A stretch of 64,000 nucleotides of DNA from the human T2T-CHM13v2.0 reference genome, Homo sapiens. Made by a program: the position numbers and the translations under genes. The notes beneath the pieces are model-generated. The model saw only the letters and a program-made list of their open reading frames with translations, was not told the origin of the DNA and did no database searches. This document shows, piece by piece, positions 54,330-64,000 of this stretch. Every line of letters begins with the position of its first letter. Within the stretch, counting starts at the first letter, position 1. Location of the stretch: the NCBI RefSeq assembly GCF_009914755.1, contig NC_060936.1; one strand, 5' to 3'.

Positions 54330-54571
54330 CTCTGATTTTGGCTCTAGGAGACTTTGGAGCAGTCATTTCTCCTCTCTGACCCTCAGTCTCTTCATTGTAC
54401 CATGGGAGGTTCAACAAGGTGACCTCCACAATCTTATCGAAAACTAATAATCCATCCAAGTCTTGGATTCCTTCCTCCTCATCCTGTGCCCCCATAATAT
54501 AGGACAGTTCTGTGCCACCTTTATGCTTCTTAATTCCCCAACAGGAGATGGCATTTGCAGGCACCTGGTCT
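54330..54571 (-). other. VWF: Alternative/cryptic exon in VWF intron 2 (242 nt), 3' half MIR-derived
   Basis: Acceptor cttgtattccag|AGACC and donor AGAG|gtcagt. ATG 54495 gives 55 codons + 1 nt, in frame with exon 3. The peptide MGAQDEEEGIQDLD...PRAKIR matches my recollection of an annotated alternative VWF N-terminus. Confidence 0.75.
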
Positions 54572-54746
54572 CTGGAATACAAGTCAAGGGTGGGAACTCC
54601 GCAGAACCTTCACAGGAGGCAACCAACAGCCTAAGTTAGGGCTGGGCACACAGGTGAGCTCCAGACACACCTGCTGATTCCCGGAAAGGTGTCACTCCAG
54701 ATGGCCCTGGGGCAGGAATGAGAAATGGAGGCCCTTTTGTACCTAC

Positions 54747-54801
54747 CTGGCAAAATGAGGGCCAGAGCAAGCAGCACCCCGGCAAATCTGGCAGGAATCA
54801 T
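54747..54801 (-). CDS. VWF: VWF exon 2 (c.1-55), signal peptide MIPARFAGVLLALALILP
   Basis: ttctttgcag|ATGATT...TTGCCAG|gtaggt; 55 nt; the ATG is the first base of the exon. Confidence 0.99.
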
Positions 54802-56041
54802 CTGCAAAGAAGCAAGAGACGTGAGCTGGTCATTGCTGCCCAGGTAGGCGGCTGCTGGTGTGGCGACTATCAGGGCATGCAGTAGCAAAAACATTTCTTT
54901 AAAGCAGGAGAAAAGATTGATCCTCGTGACCCCCTTTTCCCCTTTGAACATGGACTTCTGGCCCCCGAAAAAACCCCTGGCCAGTGCCAGGCCCAAGGGT
55001 AACAATCGCTGTGAGCTGGGACCTGTGGGCACCTTTCCACAGACAGCAGTCCCAGGCCCAAGACAGGAGGAAAACGCTGCCTTCCCTCCAGGCCCGCTGG
55101 GCCTCACATCCCTGCCTCCTGAAGCAGCTGGGAGCTAACACACACCTCATTCCTTCCTGCCTCTGCATCCAAACTGGCGAGTAGGAACCGTCTTACACTT
55201 GTGTGCCCACCACAGCAGCCCAGACATAGAGAATGCTCAGGAACCACCAACTTGACGGTTTGCTTGTTGGCCCCTGACTCTGTACCACAAGTGCCTTCAC
55301 AAGAGCAAAGGCTGTCTCCCTTGCCTCCAACCCCAGCACCTGGCAAGATGCTTAGCACCCAGGAGATGCCCAGCAAATGTTTGCTGAGTTCATCTGAAAA
55401 AATGGACAGGAGTCCAGCGGCCCTGGATGCAGGCAGACTTCCCCACTGTGTGACCCCCAAGAGAGGGACAATTCATCCTGGCTGGCAGAGCGTACCCCAA
55501 GTCACTTAGAGCCCCTGCTGTAGCCCCTCTCCTCGGGAAAAGTTGTTAAATGAAGTGCAGAATCTGCTGCCTGAGATTCACTGGGGGTGACTCCCTTCCT
55601 ACCTAAGGTCCCATCCAGCCAAAGGTGAAATCAAGCCAATCTGTGATACATCTGTGGAAGGAACACTGAGATGTCAGATACTGCCAGGTCTCGGTCTCCA
55701 AGCAGGTGTCCCCTCCCAGTCCTAACACGCAGGTACATTCAGCTGCTCCCAGGTTCTCAGAGGTGAGGGCAAACTTCATTCCAACTCATTTGAGTGAAGT
55801 ACTATCAAACAGTAAAACCCACTGCATGAAGAAAAGCAGCCCCAGGACCCTCAGAGGCAAGTGGAGGAGGGAGTATTAGGATCATCCCTGGCTGAATTGA
55901 ATTGCCCCTCCAAACAAAGCCCTTCTAGTCCAGCGACAGAGAACTCCAGCTCCCCAGGAGCAGGGATCAGTCAGTCCTGCATCTTCCTCCCACAACTGAG
56001 CCAGCTCTCCTTCCAAAGGCCATACCTTCCCCTGCAAATGA

Positions 56042-56056
56042 GGGCTGCGGCTATCT
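56042..56056 (-). promoter_or_regulatory. Exon-1 GATA site (+220, AGATAG) and adjacent CCGCAGCCC (+226 to +234) NF-Y repressor-type element
   Basis: Minus strand GGAGATAGCCGCAGCCCT; computed offsets are exactly +220 and +226 from 56275. Confidence 0.8.
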
Positions 56057-56170
56057 CCAAGGTCCCTGGGAAACTCAGCTGCTGGACAATGGTGCCGCCC
56101 ACCCTAGGCCATGCTCTCAGCTGCTGCAAAGGCTCAATCAGGTCTGCTACAGCTCCGGACTGTCTTGCTG

Positions 56171-56178
56171 TTATGTAG
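56171..56178 (+). promoter_or_regulatory. E4BP4/NFIL3-like site TTATGTAG in exon 1 (about +98 to +105)
   Basis: Near-consensus TTAYGTAA at the position recalled for the VWF E4BP4 repressor site. Confidence 0.55.
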
Positions 56179-56275
56179 CCCAGGGGCTGTGGAGTCCCCA
56201 CTGCTGGGGGAGATAAAGCCCAAGCTGTGACATCCACCAACCACCCTCCCTTTCCCACCACAATAGCTGTGAGCT

Positions 56276-56420
56276 GCCACAACAGGGGATTGGCCTCCTT
56301 TTAATTACCAAAAGGAAACAATGAAAGGAAATGGTATTAGAAGTACCTCCAAGCTGATAAAGCTTTGTAGAGTTTGGAGGGAGACCTCCTGGCAGCTGCC
56401 TTAATTAACTGCCTTGCCCT
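56276..56420 (-). promoter_or_regulatory. VWF core promoter: TATA-like TAATTA (56307-56302), CCAAT (56293-56289), ETS GGAA cores (56314-17, 56327-30), GATA (~56355), AT-rich/Oct-like TTAATTAA (56401-08)
   Basis: Motifs are visible in the sequence. Their offsets from the TSS (about -30, -18, -40/-55, -80, -133) agree with the characterised VWF promoter as I recall it. Confidence 0.85.
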
Positions 56421-56901
56421 CCCCAAACACCCCCTATCCCTACACCCCCACACTTGATCCCTGGTCTTCCTAGAGTGCCCCACCTGTGTGGGATAACCAG
56501 GAATGCTGGTTGTTTCAGGGCAAGCTGATACAGGCCAGGGGGAATCACAGTAGAACAACACAGCTTCCTGATCCAGCTTCCAGGGCTGGACTCCAGGGAA
56601 GTTGAGAAAAACACCTCAACCTGAGCCAATTTTGCTGCTGTGTTTGGAGGAAGGGGAGTACTAACACTTCCTATGCACCCCAGGTATGAAGGATCCGGTC
56701 CTGGCCCTGACAAAAACAGTCCATTTGGATCCTGGCCAGGGTTGAATGGATCGGCTAAAGATGAAGGTCTTGGCCACAAGCCTAAGCCTTTGTAAAATGG
56801 TGAAGGTGGGGAGTGATGGTTTGAGTCTAATACTTCTACTGTTGCTACATTCTAATAATTCTAATTCTCAAGGACATTTCCACCCACTTCTGGTACCCTG
56901 A

Positions 56902-56906
<5 letters not shown>

Positions 56907-56944
<38 letters not shown>
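56907..56944. repeat. Promoter (GT)19/(CA)19 microsatellite
   Basis: 19 perfect CA units about 630-670 bp upstream of the TSS. Confidence 0.95.
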
Positions 56945-56946
<2 letters not shown>

Positions 56947-57316
56947 TCTTCTTCCCAGCCTCCCATTCCCAAAAGCCTAATTCTCAACACCATCTGCTAA
57001 ACTAATTCCTACTAAAATAAGTAACTGATGCAATGGGCAGCGGTGGGGGGAAGATGACTCTCGTGCTGGGATTCCAGGCACTGAGACAAGCACCCTGAGG
57101 CATGTCTGGGTATGGAAGACCTCCTCACTGCTTCTCCATGATACCTCCTGCCCTAAGACTTTGAGAAACCACTAGGTTCCAACCTCCTCCCTTCCCACAT
57201 ACCTCGCACTCTGCTACTCCCTTTACCGCCCCAGGAGAGGAAGATGCACACTCCCAAGGAAGAAAAATGGCACCAGAGGCAGAATCAGCATGAGACAGTA
57301 GAAAAGGCCATTGGGG

Positions 57317-64000
<6,684 letters not shown>

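Larger units (their letters stand above)
56026..56275 (-). other. VWF: VWF exon 1 (non-coding 5'UTR, 250 nt)
   Basis: Minus strand AGCTCACAGCTATTGTGG...TTTGCAGGGGAAG|gtatgg; donor at 56025-56024. TSS placed from the known cDNA start, so it may shift by a few nt. Confidence 0.93.

Noticed and set aside
54631-55107. 158-aa ORF containing the VWF signal peptide
   Set aside because: Just exon 2 with open flanking intron sequence
55971-56282. 103-aa ORF across exon 1 as a possible N-terminal extension
   Set aside because: No ATG, starts upstream of the TSS, and after splicing it is out of frame with VWF (AGA TGA stop)

Overview
Human (primate) genomic DNA containing the 5' part of the von Willebrand factor gene (VWF) on the minus strand. 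It holds about 7.7 kb of Alu-dense upstream sequence, the promoter, non-coding exon 1 (56275-56026) and coding exons 2-10 (c.1-1156: signal peptide and the D1 assembly of the propeptide). The gene continues past the window start. All nine complete introns have GT-AG ends, and the exon sizes (250, 55, 165, 103, 209, 125, 217, 123, 112, 47 nt) splice into an open frame matching VWF residues 1-385. The rest is intronic or intergenic: >50 Alus, nested L1s, LTRs, DNA-transposon remnants, MIRs, microsatellites and a 7SL retrocopy. I see no genuinely new gene system. The best second-look items are: (1) a MIR-derived dual-frame cryptic exon in intron 2; (2) two 5'UTR uORFs; (3) a direct AluY pair exactly 8,631 bp apart around exons 4-5, next to a Z-DNA/cruciform-prone repeat that grew from an Alu TSD; (4) an inverted AluY pair that could give a stop-free 312-nt exon 4-5 circRNA; (5) a strong-site poison pseudoexon in intron 6; (6) a candidate ancient L1 3' transduction; (7) fold-back Alu rearrangements. 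Repeat boundaries and subfamily names are by eye and approximate. Literature and database statements are from memory and need verification.
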